Source: Chiloscyllium plagiosum
Lineage: Eukaryota
NCBI RefSeq assembly: GCF_004010195.1
Contig: NC_057720.1
Location: 29,610,125-29,664,546 of the forward strand
Direction: 5' to 3'
Length of the DNA: 54,422 nucleotides
Shown here in pieces: positions 36,535-50,150 of this stretch (position 1 is the stretch's first letter; each line of letters opens with the position of its first letter). Made by a program: the position numbers and the translations under genes. The notes beneath the pieces were generated by a model. That model had not been told where the DNA came from, made no database searches, and worked only from the letters and a program-made list of their open reading frames with translations.

Positions 36535-37642
36535 CCAAAAGACCATAAGGCGTAGGAGCAGAAGTAAGCCATTCAGCACATTGAGTTTGCTCCATCAGTC
36601 AATAAGACCATGGCTGATCTGATAATCAACTCCACTTTCCTGCCTTTTCTCTATAAACGTTGATTCCCTTATTGATTACAAATCTGCCTGTCTCAGCTTT
36701 GAATGCACTTAATAAACAATCCTCAACAGCCCTCTGTAGTAAAGAGTTCCACAGATTCATTACCCTCTGAGAAAAGAAATTCCTCCTTAACTCTGTCATA
36801 AATGTGCAACTCCTTATTCAGATTATACCCTGTGGTTCTAGACTCTTCCACAAGGAGAAACAACCTCTCTGCATCCAACGGGTCAACTCTTATAAGAATC
36901 TTGCATGTTTCAATAAGGTCACCTCTCATTCTTCCAAGCTCCAATGAGCAACCTACTCAACCTCACCTCAAAGGTAGTCTGTCCATAACTGGTATTACCC
37001 TACTGAGCCTTATCTAGACTGCATATAATGTACTTTAAAAAGGGATCACAAAACTGTTTACAGTATTCCAGCTTCGGTCTGATTAGTGCCTTGTATAGTT
37101 ATAGCAAAATCTTCCTACATTTTTACTCTATTCCCTTTGAAATAAGGGCCAGCATTTCATTGCCTTCCCTGTTCCCTGCTAAACTTGGATGCTGGCTTTT
37201 TGTGGTTCATGGACCAGGACTGCAAAATCCCTCTTTCTCCATTTAAATAATATTCAGATCCTATATTCTTCCTGCCAAAATGCATAACCTCACATTTTTC
37301 CACATTATAATCCATTTGCCAAGTTTTTACCCACTCCTTTAACCTGTTTGTAGACTCTTCTTGTCATCCTCATTACTTGCCTTCCCACCTTTTTTTTGTG
37401 TCATTCTCAAATTGGCTACAGTACAATCTCTTTCCTTATTCAAGTCATTAATATATTGTAAATGATTGTAGCCCTAGTGCTGATCCCTTGTCACTCAACT
37501 AGTTACAGGTTGACAGTGTAAAAATACTCCATTTATCTCAATTATCTGTCTTCTATTAGTTAGCCAATCCTCTATGCACGCTCATATACTATCTCCAACA
37601 CTATGGGCTCTTATCTGATAAAACAATCTAATATATGGCTCC
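36535..37642 (-). mobile_element. Older CR1 LINE 3' region
   Basis: ORF 36723-36944 RMRGDLIETCKIL; 3' UTR at 36535-36620. Confidence 0.85.
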
Positions 37643-37857
37643 TGAAAATGCGTTGCTGGAAAAGCGCAGCAGGTCAGGCAGCATCCAGGGAACAGGGGAA
37701 TCGATGTTTCTGGCATAAGCCCTTCCTCATTCCTGAAGAAGGGCTTATGCCCGAAACGTCGATTCTCCTGTTCCTTGGATGCTGCCTGACCTGCTGCGCT
37801 TTTCCAGCAACACATTTTCAGCTCTGACCTCCAGCATCTGCAGTCCTCACTTTCTCC
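37643..37857. mobile_element. PLE family A fold-back mini-insert, 16-bp TSD
   Basis: TSD tctaatatatggctcc at 37627-37642 and 37858-37873; arms ~37642-37725 and ~37738-37821. Confidence 0.9.
37729..37764 (+). ncRNA. Hammerhead ribozyme motif, intact core
   Basis: attc CTGAAGA a GGGC ttat GCCC GAAAC GTC gatt. Confidence 0.8.
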
Positions 37858-38002
37858 TCTAATATATGGCTCCCCCAATCAGTTGGATTTTTACAGCACT
37901 CCAGACATTTGCATGATCATTATTCCTCGTGACATTTAATGCAATATACAACTTGCCATCACAGAGACATGGTTGAAGAAGGGTCAGGACTGACAACTCA
38001 AT

Positions 38003-38728
38003 AGATAATAGACAATAGACAATAGGTGCAGGAGTAGACCATTCTGCCCTTCAAGCCTGCACCACCATTCAATATGATCATGGCTGATCACCCTTAATCA
38101 GTATCCTTTTCCTGCCTTATCTCCATAACCCTTGATTCCACAATCCTTGAGTGCTCTATCCAACTCTTTCTTAAATGAATCCAGAGACTGGGCCTCCACT
38201 GCCCTCTGGGGCACAGCATTCCAAACAGCTACCACTCTCTGGGTGAAGAAGTTTCTCCTCTTCTCTGTTCTAAATGGTTGACCCCGTATTTTTAAGCTGT
38301 GTCCTCTGGTTCGGCACTCACCCATCAGCGGAAACATGTTTCCTGCCTCCAGAGTGTCCAATCCTTTAATAATCTTATATGTCTCAATCATGTCCCTCTC
38401 AGTCTTCTAAATTCAAGGGTATACAAGCCCAGTCGCTCCAGTCTTTCAGCGTAAGGTAATCCCGCCATTCCAGGAATTGACCTCGTGAACCTACGCTGCA
38501 CTCCCTCAATAGCCAGAAACCTAACATCCTCATCACATTTCACCCTGCCATCCAACTTAGTATCATCAACAAATTTGCTAATGTTATTACTAATACCATC
38601 TTCTATATTATTAACATATACTGTAAAAAGCTGAGGTCCCAGTACTGATCCCTGCGGTACCCCACTGGTCACTGCCTGCCATTCCGAAATGGAGCCGTTT
38701 CTCACTACTCTTTGTTTCCTATCAGCCA
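38003..38728 (-). mobile_element. CR1 LINE, internally deleted, with (attgtct)n tail
   Basis: ORFs 38388-38729 (GVPQGSVLGPQLF, KFVDDTKL) and 38098-38391. Confidence 0.92.
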
Positions 38729-39376
38729 CCTCAACATTTCTTAGTATAGAAACTTCAAGTAGGGCAGGGGAGGGTCTTCAAATGAGACTCTGAGGGTAGA
38801 GCTTTGGAATAAAAAGGGGGCAGATTGGTGAGAATGTATTATAGACTCACCAATGGTCAGTAGACACTAGTGGAGCAGAAATGTAGACATAGCACTGAGG
38901 TTGTAAAAGCAATAATCAGGAAATTATAGTCGAGAATTTTAACTGCCCCAACGTTAATTTGGATAGCCATCATGTAAAGGATTTAGAGGAGGCGGATCTC
39001 TTAAAATTTAGTCAGAGGTTTAGTCATGAATAGGAAAGGTTTGGCGGGGATATCAAGTGTAGAAAGGTGGTACTAGTTTAGTTTGAGAACATGGTCAGCA
39101 TGGACTAGTTGGACTGAAGAGTCTGTTTCTATGCTGTGTGACGCGTGACTCAAAAACTCTGAGAGTTTTGTATGTCAACATGTTGACACCCCAGCAAAGG
39201 ATAGTGCAGTGTTTGATCTAATTCTAAAGAATGAAGCCAGATAGGTGTCAAGGTAGTAGTAGCGAGCACAACATTTTGAATTTGTTACAGAAAAGAAAAA
39301 AGATGGTCTGAAAAAAAAGAGTTTTGGATTGGGGAAAGACAGATTTTATTAAAATAAAGCAGAATCTGGCCAAAGT

Positions 39377-39460
39377 CAAGAGTGTGGTGCTGGAAAAGCA
39401 GGTCAGGCAGCATCTGAGGAGCAGGAGAATCGATGTTTCAGGCTTAAGCCCTTCATTAGG
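39377..39460 (-). mobile_element. PLE family A 84-bp pLTR insert with degenerate HHR and TSD
   Basis: atctggccaaagt (39364-39376) / atctggctaacgt (39461-39473); minus strand c CTAATGA a GGGC ttaa GCCT GAAAC ATC gatt. Confidence 0.8.
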
Positions 39461-41867
39461 ATCTGGCTAACGTAGACTGGAAACTACAACTACTGGGTAA
39501 AGCTACAGCAAAACAATGGGAGCGTTCAAAACAGTCTTGGCGAGACTGTAGATCCTACATGGTCCTTTAAGGGTGAAATGTAGGAGCAACAAGCCCAAAG
39601 AACTCTAGATGTCTAGGAATAATCAGGATTGGATAAGAAGGAAAAAGAGCATTTTAACAGGTACAAAGGAAACAAGCTAATAGATGAGCTCTTGGAGTAA
39701 AGAAAGTGCAGGGTAGAACTTGAAAAAGTTTAGGTGAGCAAAGAAGAGGCATGACAAAACACTTGTGGGTAAGATTATGGAAAATCCCATGGTATTCTGT
39801 AAGTGTACCATGGGGAAGAGGATAACCAGGGAAAAGAATACAGCCTATTAAGGACAGAGTTAGCTATCTGTGCTAGAGCCGGAGGCCATTGATAAGGTGT
39901 TAAACGAGAACTTCATATCGGTCTTCATTCTGGAGAAGGAGAATGTGGGCACAGAATTCAGGAAGAGGGACTGAGATTTTCAATAGATTGGCATAGGGAA
40001 TGAGGATCTGTTGGATGTTCTGGTGGGTTTAAAAATGGACAAATCCCTAGGTCTGGATGACTTGCATCCCAGACTGCTATGGGAGATGAGGGAAGAAATT
40101 ACAGGAACTTTGACCCAATTTTTTAATTCCTCTCTGGCCTCAGGGCCTGGACCAGAGGACTGGAAGTCAGCTAATGAGGTCCCATTTCTCAAGAAGCATT
40201 ATAGAGATAAACTGGGGAATTACAGACCAGTGACTCTCACATCAGTGATAGGGAATCTATTAGAGAAAATTCAGAAGGAGAGAACTACTCTCCACTTGGA
40301 GAGGCAAGGTTTAATCTGGGGTAGTTAGCATGGCTTTGTCAAAGGGAGACCATACCTCACAAATCTGGTGGAAATTTTCGTGGAGGTGATCAATTGTGTA
40401 AGTAAGGGTCATGCTGTTGAAGTAGTTTGCACAGATTTCAGCAAAGCCTTTGACAAGGTCCCACACAGGAAGGCTTGGCAAATTGGATTCAAAATTGACT
40501 TAGTGACAGGTGGTGGTGAAAACTGTTTGCATGACTAGAGCCTGGTGTGCAAAGATGTACCACAGGGATCAATGATGGATCCATTATTGTTTATGATATT
40601 CATAAATGATATAGATGAGAATGTGGAGGGGATGATAAGTAAGTTTGTGGATGACACAATGATTGGCTGAGTGATTGACATTGAGGAGGAAGGTGTAAGG
40701 TTATAGATGGGTAAAAATCAGGTGGGCAAATCAGTGACAGTTGGAAATTAACCCTGATAAATGTGAGGTGATACACTTTGGGGAAGAAACAAGACAAGGG
40801 AGTCCTCAATGAATGTCAAGAAACTAGGAAGCTCAGAGGAACAGAGGGAACTTGGCGTGCTTGTCCACAGATCCCTAAAAGTAACAGGACAGGGTAATAG
40901 GATAGTTAAGAAGGCACATAGGACACTTGCCCTTATCAGTTGTAGCATAGCTTATAAGAGCAGGGTCATCATGTTGAAGCTTTGCACAGAACTTTGGTTA
41001 GGCCACAGCCGGAGTACTGTGTGCAGGTCACCACATTATCGGAAGGATGTGAAGGCACTGGAGGAGGTACGGCCGAAGATACGCCAGGTTGTTGCCTCAA
41101 ATGGAGCATTTTGGCTATGAAGATGGGCTGGATAAGCTCTGGTTATTTTCTGTGGAGCAGAGAAGGTTGTGGGGGGACCTGATAGAGGTGTATAAGATTA
41201 TGATGTGCATGGACAGAGTGACTAGAAAGCAGCTGTTTTCCTTAGTTGAAGGGTCAATTTAAGGGGGCATAATTTTAAAGTGAAAGGCAGGAGGTTTAGA
41301 GGGAATTTGAGGGTCAACAGTGGATTTGACTCAACAGCACTATGATTCATGGGCCAGAGAGCTAGCACTGAATCAGCTTGTCTCTATGTCACCACTTGCT
41401 ACCAGCGTACCTTGCTGTGGCAAACTGTGCATGGAGTTTAGTATTCTATCAGGCTCTAATGGAATGTATGTAGCAAACAGTGATATATGTGCAAGCATGT
41501 CCAAGTAACAAAATGGACCTGAGTGAATATATAGCATGGATATATCAGATGTAAATAAATGGTTCTGAGCTGTGCATCCAAATTTTCCTCTATGTATTGT
41601 GATCCATGAGGCATCCTAAGATATTGTTGCCTAAAACATGTTTTATTAACACTTATATCCCTGTTTAGTTTTCATTAGGAATATTGCCAGCACTGTCTCA
41701 CATCACACTGCTGGAAAACCAGTCATCACAAGGCACAAAAAGTCACAATTGCTTACAGTGTAATATTTGTCCATCTGGCACACCACTTCACATATATTCA
41801 AATTGTTACCATTTCATTTTCATAAAAGGTGGCTGCTGCCAAAAATTATTGCAAGTTGAGCATCTCT

Positions 41868-42436
41868 TAGCAAGTTTTGAGAAGATTTATAGCTCTGGAT
41901 GTAGGTTTGCTCGCTGAACTGGAAGGTTCGTTTTCAGACGTTTCATCATATTACTAGATAACATCTTCAGTGAGCCTCTGGACGAAGCACTGCTGGTTTT
42001 CCTGCTTTCTATTTATATGTTTGGGTTTCCTTGGGTTGGTGATGGCATTTTTTGTGATGACATCATTTCTTGTGCTGATGCCATTTCTTGTTATTTTTCT
42101 TAGGGACTGGTAAATGGGATCCAAGTCAATGTGTTTGTTGATAGAGTTTCGGTTGGAATGCCATATTTCTAGGAATTCTCGTGTATGTCTCTGTTTGGTT
42201 AAAAGTACGGCATTCCAACTGGATCTCTATTAACAAACACATTGACTTGGATAATATTTACCACCCCCTGAGAAAAATGGAAGGAAATGACTTCACCATA
42301 GGAAATGGCATCACCACAGGAAATGACATCACCAACCCAAGGAAACCCAAACATATAAATCGAGAGCAGGAAACACCAGAAGTGCTTTGTCTGGAGGCTC
42401 ACTGAAGATGTAACCTAGTGTGGTGACGAAACATTG
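41868..42436. mobile_element. PLE family B fold-back copy with a GIY-YIG C-terminus in both arms and two HHR motifs
   Basis: HSNWISINKHIDLDNIYHPLRK (+) mirrored on the minus strand; HHRs at 41934-41973 (-) and 42398-42436 (+). Confidence 0.85.
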
Positions 42437-44519
42437 GACAATTGAGCAAACAATTGACAATTCAGCATCATCATATCTCCTTCTTGCTGTCAATAAGAGG
42501 GATAACAGACATTGGAAAATGTTTTCATTAAACAGAAGGCCATATCCAAAAAAGGATCCTTTCCACTAGGTTCAGAATTTAAAAGTGAACAATGGATGGG
42601 AAAGGAGTGTAAAAGAATGATTTGCAAAGAAAGAGAAGTTGATTGCACTGGAGCCAAAAAAGAGGTAGGAACATGAAAAAGGCAGGGTAAAATAATGGCA
42701 AAAAGTAACAATGAGGCAAAGGGGTAATGAGGATGAGAGAAATGTGTTCAGAAGGTAGAACTAGAAGGAGAGTTTCAACATGATGAAGAGGGAATCACGA
42801 AGGAGATTGTCAACAGTGAACCTTCAAAGGAGACAGAGTGGAAAACTGACAGCATGTATTGTGGAGGCTCTAGGATCAAGCAGTACTAGTTTGTGCAGTG
42901 GGGGGGGGGGTAAATGAGGGTAAAGGAGTTAGCCAGCTCAAATGTGCTTTGAATAGTATGCAATGGGGCACAAGAAAAATGCCACCTTGACCTGGGTTAT
43001 AGATATGATAAATGGCATATTGAATTGAGATGTGATGGGAAAAAAAAACTTTAGGATGAATGCCAAGTGTTGAAGAAGAAAATAATGTCTTAGCAAAGTC
43101 TGAGAAGTTGAATGGCGTACATTCTGTCTGGGCAGCTGGGATGAGGGGATTTGGATGTAGAAATGCAATCTTTGAAGTGACCTTCAAGGAAGCTACATTA
43201 TTGGCTTTATTATCAATTTTAAACTGAGGAATTGTTAATTGCGAAGTATAAATACACTTAAAATTAATTAATCATCATTCCATTCAAGTGAAAGCATATT
43301 AAGATTTTCCAGGTAAGAATAACCTCAGATGAATTTGAAATGCATCAACAAGTTTATTTTTCAATGTTTGGTTTTCACACTTCAGCTTAAGTTACACTGT
43401 TGTTGTAACTATTTGTTTTCACATTGCATGGACTTGTAATGAGGAGAGTTCTTGACTTGTCAGCTTTTTGGCATGATGTCAACTTTTTAAAGGTTTCTAG
43501 TTTGCTTTTGCTAGGTTTTGAGGTTGGCATGCCAATTTAATGAGGTTGCTACAGCACAGAAACAACAGCCAGTCATTGATGGACTTCCGGCCTCAGATTG
43601 AAGAATACCTTGCCAATCACTTCACCCATCTTTTTATCAATCGACTTCAGATATTGCAATTAAATTCTTTGAGTGCATCCAGGTCTTGTGTTACTTAAAG
43701 CTTCCAATAAACTAATGTTCCTGTGCATCAACATTTTAAACCAGTAGTAGGCATCTCAGAGCTCAGTAACAGGGTCATAGAGTCATTGAGTTGTACAGCA
43801 CAGAAACAGACAGTTTGGATCCAATTCATCCATGTCAATCAGATATCCTAAATGAATCGAATCCCATTTGTTAGTATTTGGCCCACATTAATATTTAAGG
43901 AAAAATTTCAATTCCACTTTCCCCATGGCCATTATCCCATTCTTCCTGAGTCTGGACAGCTAGAATATCAAACAGGTCCTGTACTATAGGGATGGCCTCG
44001 CAGCGATGACTCCTTGCTTATTTAATTGCTTTCTAAACTCTTCAGAGTGTGTCTCTAGATGTAGGATTTAGCGTTTGGCAGGATTTGCTAAGTAGTGTTT
44101 CTCAGCCACCAGCTTCTTACCAAACATATTAATGACTGGGACGAAGAAATAAGGCACTGTCTGTCTATGTTGCAGATGACACTATTGTTGTAGAATGCAG
44201 TAGTTCTAAAAGTGTTGATGTGGAAACTACATTAAGCTCCATCCAATCTGATGATGTCAGAGAGTCCAAGCTTGAAAACAAGCAGTCTAGCACAAGGTCC
44301 CAATGGATACAAACTTGTCATCTCTGCCTTCTGATAGGCATAATTGCAAAGATTAATTAGCCAACATAACTTGAATCTATTGCAAACATACAATAAACAC
44401 CATTTTTCTGTAAGACAAGTACCAATTCTCAATAAACCCATCAGTGATTAATCATCTCCTGATGCAAATTAGATAGGCTTATCCTCAATATCGAAAAGAG
44501 GATTGGTGGCTGGTGTGAT

Positions 44520-46410
44520 TGTCATGATGTCAACCAGGAGGAGCTCATAGAATGTGAGTTCCCTGATTGGACCAGAGTAACAGCCACAATGAGGCAGCCC
44601 TGGCTGACAAATAAAAAGCGGATATTCTGGGACTCTGAAAGCAGGCTCAAGGATGTTCCATGTGTAAATAAATAGTGACAGGATATTGGCCTCTCTGCAG
44701 TTATTTTGGTGGTGATGACACTAAAGCATAATCTTGAAGAAATGCATTTGGGATAGTTGTCTTTGAGTTGGCATAAGCATTTCTAGCATCATGCTGTTAT
44801 TTGGGAAGCTTGCCTTATTTGACCCTGCTTTCGAAGTCTGGGCCTTGCATGTGGAAAGGATATGTTATTTATTTTCCTGAATAAATGATATTGGGGCAGA
44901 TGAAAAGCAATGAGTAACTCTCCTGATACTTTGTGGGCTCACAGCTTTTTTGGTTGTTACGAGCCTAACTTTAACTGAGGCACAGATACAAAAACATTTT
45001 TTTAAGAATTGATGGATTTAGTTAAGGAATATTACAGCCTCAAGCCTCCTTAACATCTGAGATGCTATCATTTTAACTCAGCAATTTGAGAACCAGGGAA
45101 ATCTGTATTAGGATTTTGGACTCAGTTAAGACAACTAGCAGAGACAATTGACCTTGTCTCTCAGCACCTCATTAAGGTATGTTGTTAGCCACTAACAGTT
45201 TCCATTTATAGCTATCCATCCTCCTAGCTAGATTGGTATCCACTCCCTTGTCTGCCCAACTCTTTCTCTTTGGTCTCTATCCCCACCTATTGTTTACTCC
45301 TCACCCCTCCCACCATCCTTATCTTTTGCATGTAAGCTGACATTTTCCTAGCTACATCAATTCTGAGGAAGGGTCATGGGACCCAAAATGTTAACTGATT
45401 TCTCTTCACAGTTGCTGCCACACCTGCTGAGCTCTTCCAGCAATTTCTGTTTTTGTTTCTTCTTAAAGCAGACAAAGTAGGGCCGCCCATAGTTTCAGGC
45501 CAGTTTCAGTGTTGGGCTCTTATACTAAGTGCATATAATTACAAGTTAGAACACTAAGATGTCAAGTAGTGAATGTGGATGCATTGACCTGCTAGCAGAT
45601 ACACCACCTGTGGTACTGCCACCGGAACAGTCCATAATAGTTTTAAATTTTCTGGGCACGCTTCTGGTCATGGTTGACGATATCAAAATTTGGACACAGA
45701 AAGATCTGGTCCTGACAAACTGAAACAACTAGCACTGATGGGGGGAATCCAAAGGGTCATCACAGACCAGAATTGAAATCTTTTTGGACTTGGAGAGACA
45801 AGATCAAGTAGAGGACAGCATATTATTATGGGGAGCAAGAGCGATTGTCCTGAGCAAAGGTTGCCACCAGATAATGGCTGAACTCCACCAAGGTCATCCA
45901 GGAGTCTTCAAAATGAAGACATTGGTGAGATGTCATGCCTTGTGGCCAGGCTTGGATGCAACATAGCTACTTGGGTGGGGCAGTGCTCAGAGTGCCAACA
46001 AGTACAAAATAATTAACCCAGCAGCTCCCTCACATTCATGGGAATGCTAGGCAAACTCAAAACTTTGTTACACATCAACTATGTATGTCTTTTCATGGGC
46101 TCAACATTCATCATCATTGTGGAAGTCCACTCAAAGTGGTTAGACATGCATAGAGTTCATTTGTCAAATAAGAATTGTTTGCAATACACGTATTCCTGAA
46201 AGTCTTAGTAACAGGTAAGAGGCCATCATTTATCAGCAGGGAATTTAAATATTTCCAGTGATTTGGCAGAAACAGCTTTGAAGACCAGCTTGAAGAGACA
46301 GCTTCACTCGATACCAAACTGTGCCACTTCCTATTTGATTATAGGACCACCCCTCAGGCAACTACAGGTACAGCTCCAGTAGAGTTGCAAATCGGGAGAA
46401 GACTCTCCAA
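44520..46410 (+). mobile_element. Decayed Gypsy LTR retrotransposon (Mag/K02A2.6-like): LTR ~44520-44706, gag, integrase; RT deleted
   Basis: MLLFGKLALFDPAFEVWALHVER; ELHQGHPGVFKMKTLVRCHALWPGLD..CSECQ (integrase H2C2); YRTTPQATTGTAPVEL. Confidence 0.85.
45165..45460 (+). mobile_element. PLE family C pLTR inside the Gypsy element
   Basis: att CTGAGGA a GGGTC atgg GACCC AAAAT GTT aac, then gctgcc..cctgctgagc..tccagcaatttctg. Confidence 0.75.
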
Positions 46411-46899
46411 AGAATTTGAACAATTAGCAGCAGTAGTTTCACTGAGTGGACAGCTATGAAGTTAGTGCATTGAGTCGCAGGAAGATGGAGCTAATTTCTT
46501 TTTGACTACAATGTAAGTTCCTTCAAAATACAAGATTAGTCTAAGAGTATCTTTCTTGAAAGTAAAAAGGCTGAAGTTAGTAATTCAAATCAAAAAGTTA
46601 CAGATATGCTTTGAAGCCCAGTGAGAACTCTTTACATCAATCTTCAAAAAAAAACTGCCAATCTGACATTTTTTTAAAAACGCAGTAAATTTGATCCTGC
46701 AGGTACAGCTCCAAAATTGAAAATACAGCTTAAACTAAACTAAAGTGAATTTCTGCATTAGAAAGCCTTAGCTATGTCTAAACACCAGTTGGTTTAGTAA
46801 TTTCCTTTCGTTGAACTGGTATTAAAAATAAAACAAAGGCTGTCTGATGCAATGAATCCTTATTTGGCACAATAGCCCCCTGCAGACAGAAAATTACTG

Positions 46900-49800
46900 C
46901 TTCAAGTTTGTAATTCTTAAAGCAGGAGTTTTAAATGGGCCAGGACCAATACAGCAGCAATTTTAAACAAACTAAGACAAGTGGAACAACACTTCCAATT
47001 TACAAAGTCAAGGTGGACTGTACAACCTTTATTACTGGAGAATCATGCATTGTAGAAACATCATTATGAACTGCTGACCCAGGGAACCCTTTACTGAATT
47101 ACAACTATTTGAACAATGTATACTGTTCTATTTTACAAATCAAATGAGAGGAAAGAGCTCTGAAAATCTTGGTAAGAAAGGAATTCACAGAATTAGCACA
47201 TCTGGGCTGATGATCAGAAAGATCTAGAAAAGATCTCGTAATTTCTTAAAGGTGAGCTTAAGGTAAGAATTAACAGACTGCAATTTATGTCATGCATACA
47301 TGCGAGAGTGTATTGACTAATGTGTCAGAAAATGCTGCAGCCAAGGGCATGAGCACAACTTTTTCAAAAAGGAACTGTCAAAGAGACTCATTGAATTTAT
47401 CATTCTCACTACACTATTTACAATTTTTATGAAGGCATGTTTGATCAAGGGAAAGGGACAGATACATTATTGGAGAATGGGTGCAAGTATGAAACGTAGT
47501 ACCAGGTTGACAATAATTACATGTGTCAGATACATTCATCAACATTGCTATAATTAGCAGTGTGCACCAAACTAACAAAATCTGCCCTAGACAATATTTT
47601 GTTGCATCTACCCAAAGGCTATCCAGCTCATATCTGTAAAGCATATGACATCAAGGTACATTGGGCATGATTATGCAGTAAATCTTGTTCTAAAGGCCCA
47701 TCCAAACTCCAAAATAAAAGGCAGGTGATGCAGTACAACACCACAACAATAGTAGCAAGGAAAATGTTTCAAAGATGCACAATGCAAACACATCGATGAG
47801 GTTCAGAGTCAACTGAGTGAAAGGCATTTTTAGAAGGTGAATAGATTTTCCATATTGTTAACCTTACACACAATGTTGGTCGTGTAAGGTGATCAGAAGC
47901 TTTATAACTTTAATATCATGACTTCTGAAAAGGCAGAATGATACACACTAAAAGTCAAAATCAATATCAGAGCCAGTGCCAACATATTCTCACTAACCAT
48001 CCTGAAAAACATGTTCCTCAGCAAGTGGTGCTCCAAGTATAGCCTATGAGAGACCATCAAGCAGCATATAGTGAATTCCCTATCCTATTTATCACCAAAA
48101 TCTCCCAGCAGCACAACATGCAAGCTCAGCTAGACTTCCGAAAATCTTCTACATGGTAGATCTCAAAAACAGGACTACCAGTAGATGTGCAGATCTCAAT
48201 AGCCATAATACATGACAAAATAGAATCAGTCAATGGCCTCAAGTATGTATACTTGACATGTTCATAAATTTTAAGCTTCATGAAGTTTTATATCTAAAAC
48301 TATGGATATTCAAGGAGAGCTTCAGGGGGAACTGAGTGAGATGTAGCGAAATGGACTCATTCAAAAAGTTAACCATCACACAGTGTAGCTTCATCACATG
48401 CTTTTTAAAGAACAATGGCACCATATCAGAATGCCAAGACACCTCAACATTTAAAGGTGTCACCAGAAAATACTCACTCTGAAAGAATTAATACATAATT
48501 TTCTAGAACAAGTTCAGTTCAAACTAGAAGCAATGCACGGATACCAGTCTGTCAATTTAGAACAAGAATCCCAAGACATCATAACATTTGGGACCCACTT
48601 GTACTGTTTCCAACAGTTACTCTTTGGGACATCAGCTCATACTGACTTATTCCAGCTTCACAAATAAAGGATTATTGAACTTGTACCTGGTAGGGTTTCA
48701 TAGCTGACAATATGGCAGCCATGAGTAAGACAAAGGCAGACACTGATCACAACCTTCACCTGAAATTATAGCAGTGTATTATCAAGCATTGGTTTTTTAC
48801 AGTACTTAGTATTAACTTTGTCAACTAGATAATCGTTTTCAGGTCCATTTGCTCTGCCTATGGAGAACATTTCAACCAAGATAAGATCGAGGATGTTAAA
48901 CAAATGCCAACCCCACAGGACAAAGAGGACCTGTGATTTTGCCTCAATACCTCAAGTTCTCCTCGTGATACAACTTTGTGGTCAAGGTATGACTGCGAAG
49001 CGATTTATTCAAAAATGCTGCCCTCTATATGTGGTAAGATGACGAACAATACATCTTTGATTCTTTCACAGGATCCATCAGCAAATACTACAACCCCTGG
49101 AAAGACAAGATTCTCAAAGTGGCTGCTGCAAAATGACCTACTGCACTTTATAAGTTAAATGTCTTATCACTTTTGTTTCAAGAACATTGTCATCTGCACC
49201 AGCCAACTATTTCAATATAAAGGGAAAGACATTAGCTCTAGTATTTGGCATCATGCAGTTTCACAGCTACTCATTGGAAAGAAATTCACTGTGGAAACAG
49301 ATCATAACCCATTGGAAATGTTCTTCTGTAAACTGTGAATGTGTGCACTGTCTCATTTATCGCATCTAGTTGCCAAGGTTCAAGAACATGACTTTAAAGT
49401 GAGACAGAAATCAAGCTTACTACATCCGACACACTGATTAACACACACAAAAACCAAGATGTTCCTTTTGATCTGTGTGGTGGTCATGCTAATGATGTTA
49501 GAGGTGTTCTCCAGCCAAGTGAAGATGTTCTGGCCAGAGCCAGTGTGATTCATTACAGTCAGCATTTGCTGAAAATGAGCAATAACAAAAGTTATAGAAG
49601 ATCATTATCCAGGGTTGGCCTGATTGTATTCAAGAAGCACCTGAGAAAAATTGTTTATTTTGCCCATACAGAGGTGAATGTGTTATATCCCAACAAGTCA
49701 CCTTCAAGGCCAAACAAGTTCTAAATCCAACAGCATAACATAAAGGTACAACAGAGTCATAGGGTCACATATGTCCATGTAAAGCCAGGGATATATGATT

Positions 49801-50150
49801 ATTAAATGTGCAAGACATCCAGAATGTGAATCTGAGCACTGGACAGGGATGAATCAGGATGTTCAATAAAAATGTGTCAACCCTGTCATTTCTCCATCCA
49901 CATGATGTTCCATCCACTCCTTGGATAAACATAGCAATAGATGAATTCATAGTGTACAGGGAAGATTACATTGTTGTGATGGATTATTTCTGTAAACTTC
50001 CTATTATTTGACAATTTGCAATGCATAAGCATTACCATCACTGACACTATTTTCAGTTTATTTGGTGTACGGATGAGATAATATCTGACAATGGCCCACA
50101 GTACACTGACAAATATATCAAGACATGTGAGTGCGCAATATCGCGCTGTC
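46900..50150 (+). mobile_element. Very old Gypsy pol remnant
   Basis: HGYQSVNLEQESQDIITFGT..YCFQQLLFG (RT), NYFNIKGKTLALVFGIMQFHSY..ETDHNPLE (RNase H), PSTPW..IDEF..YIVVMDYF (integrase). Confidence 0.7.

Larger units (their letters stand above)
37940..41312 (+). mobile_element. Long decayed CR1 ORF2 (APE endonuclease to 3' end) with nested inserts
   Basis: AITETWLKKGQD near 37950; FNCPNV; LGNYRPVTLTSV (ORF 40011); KFVDDT near 40640; 3' coding end near 41300. Confidence 0.85.
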
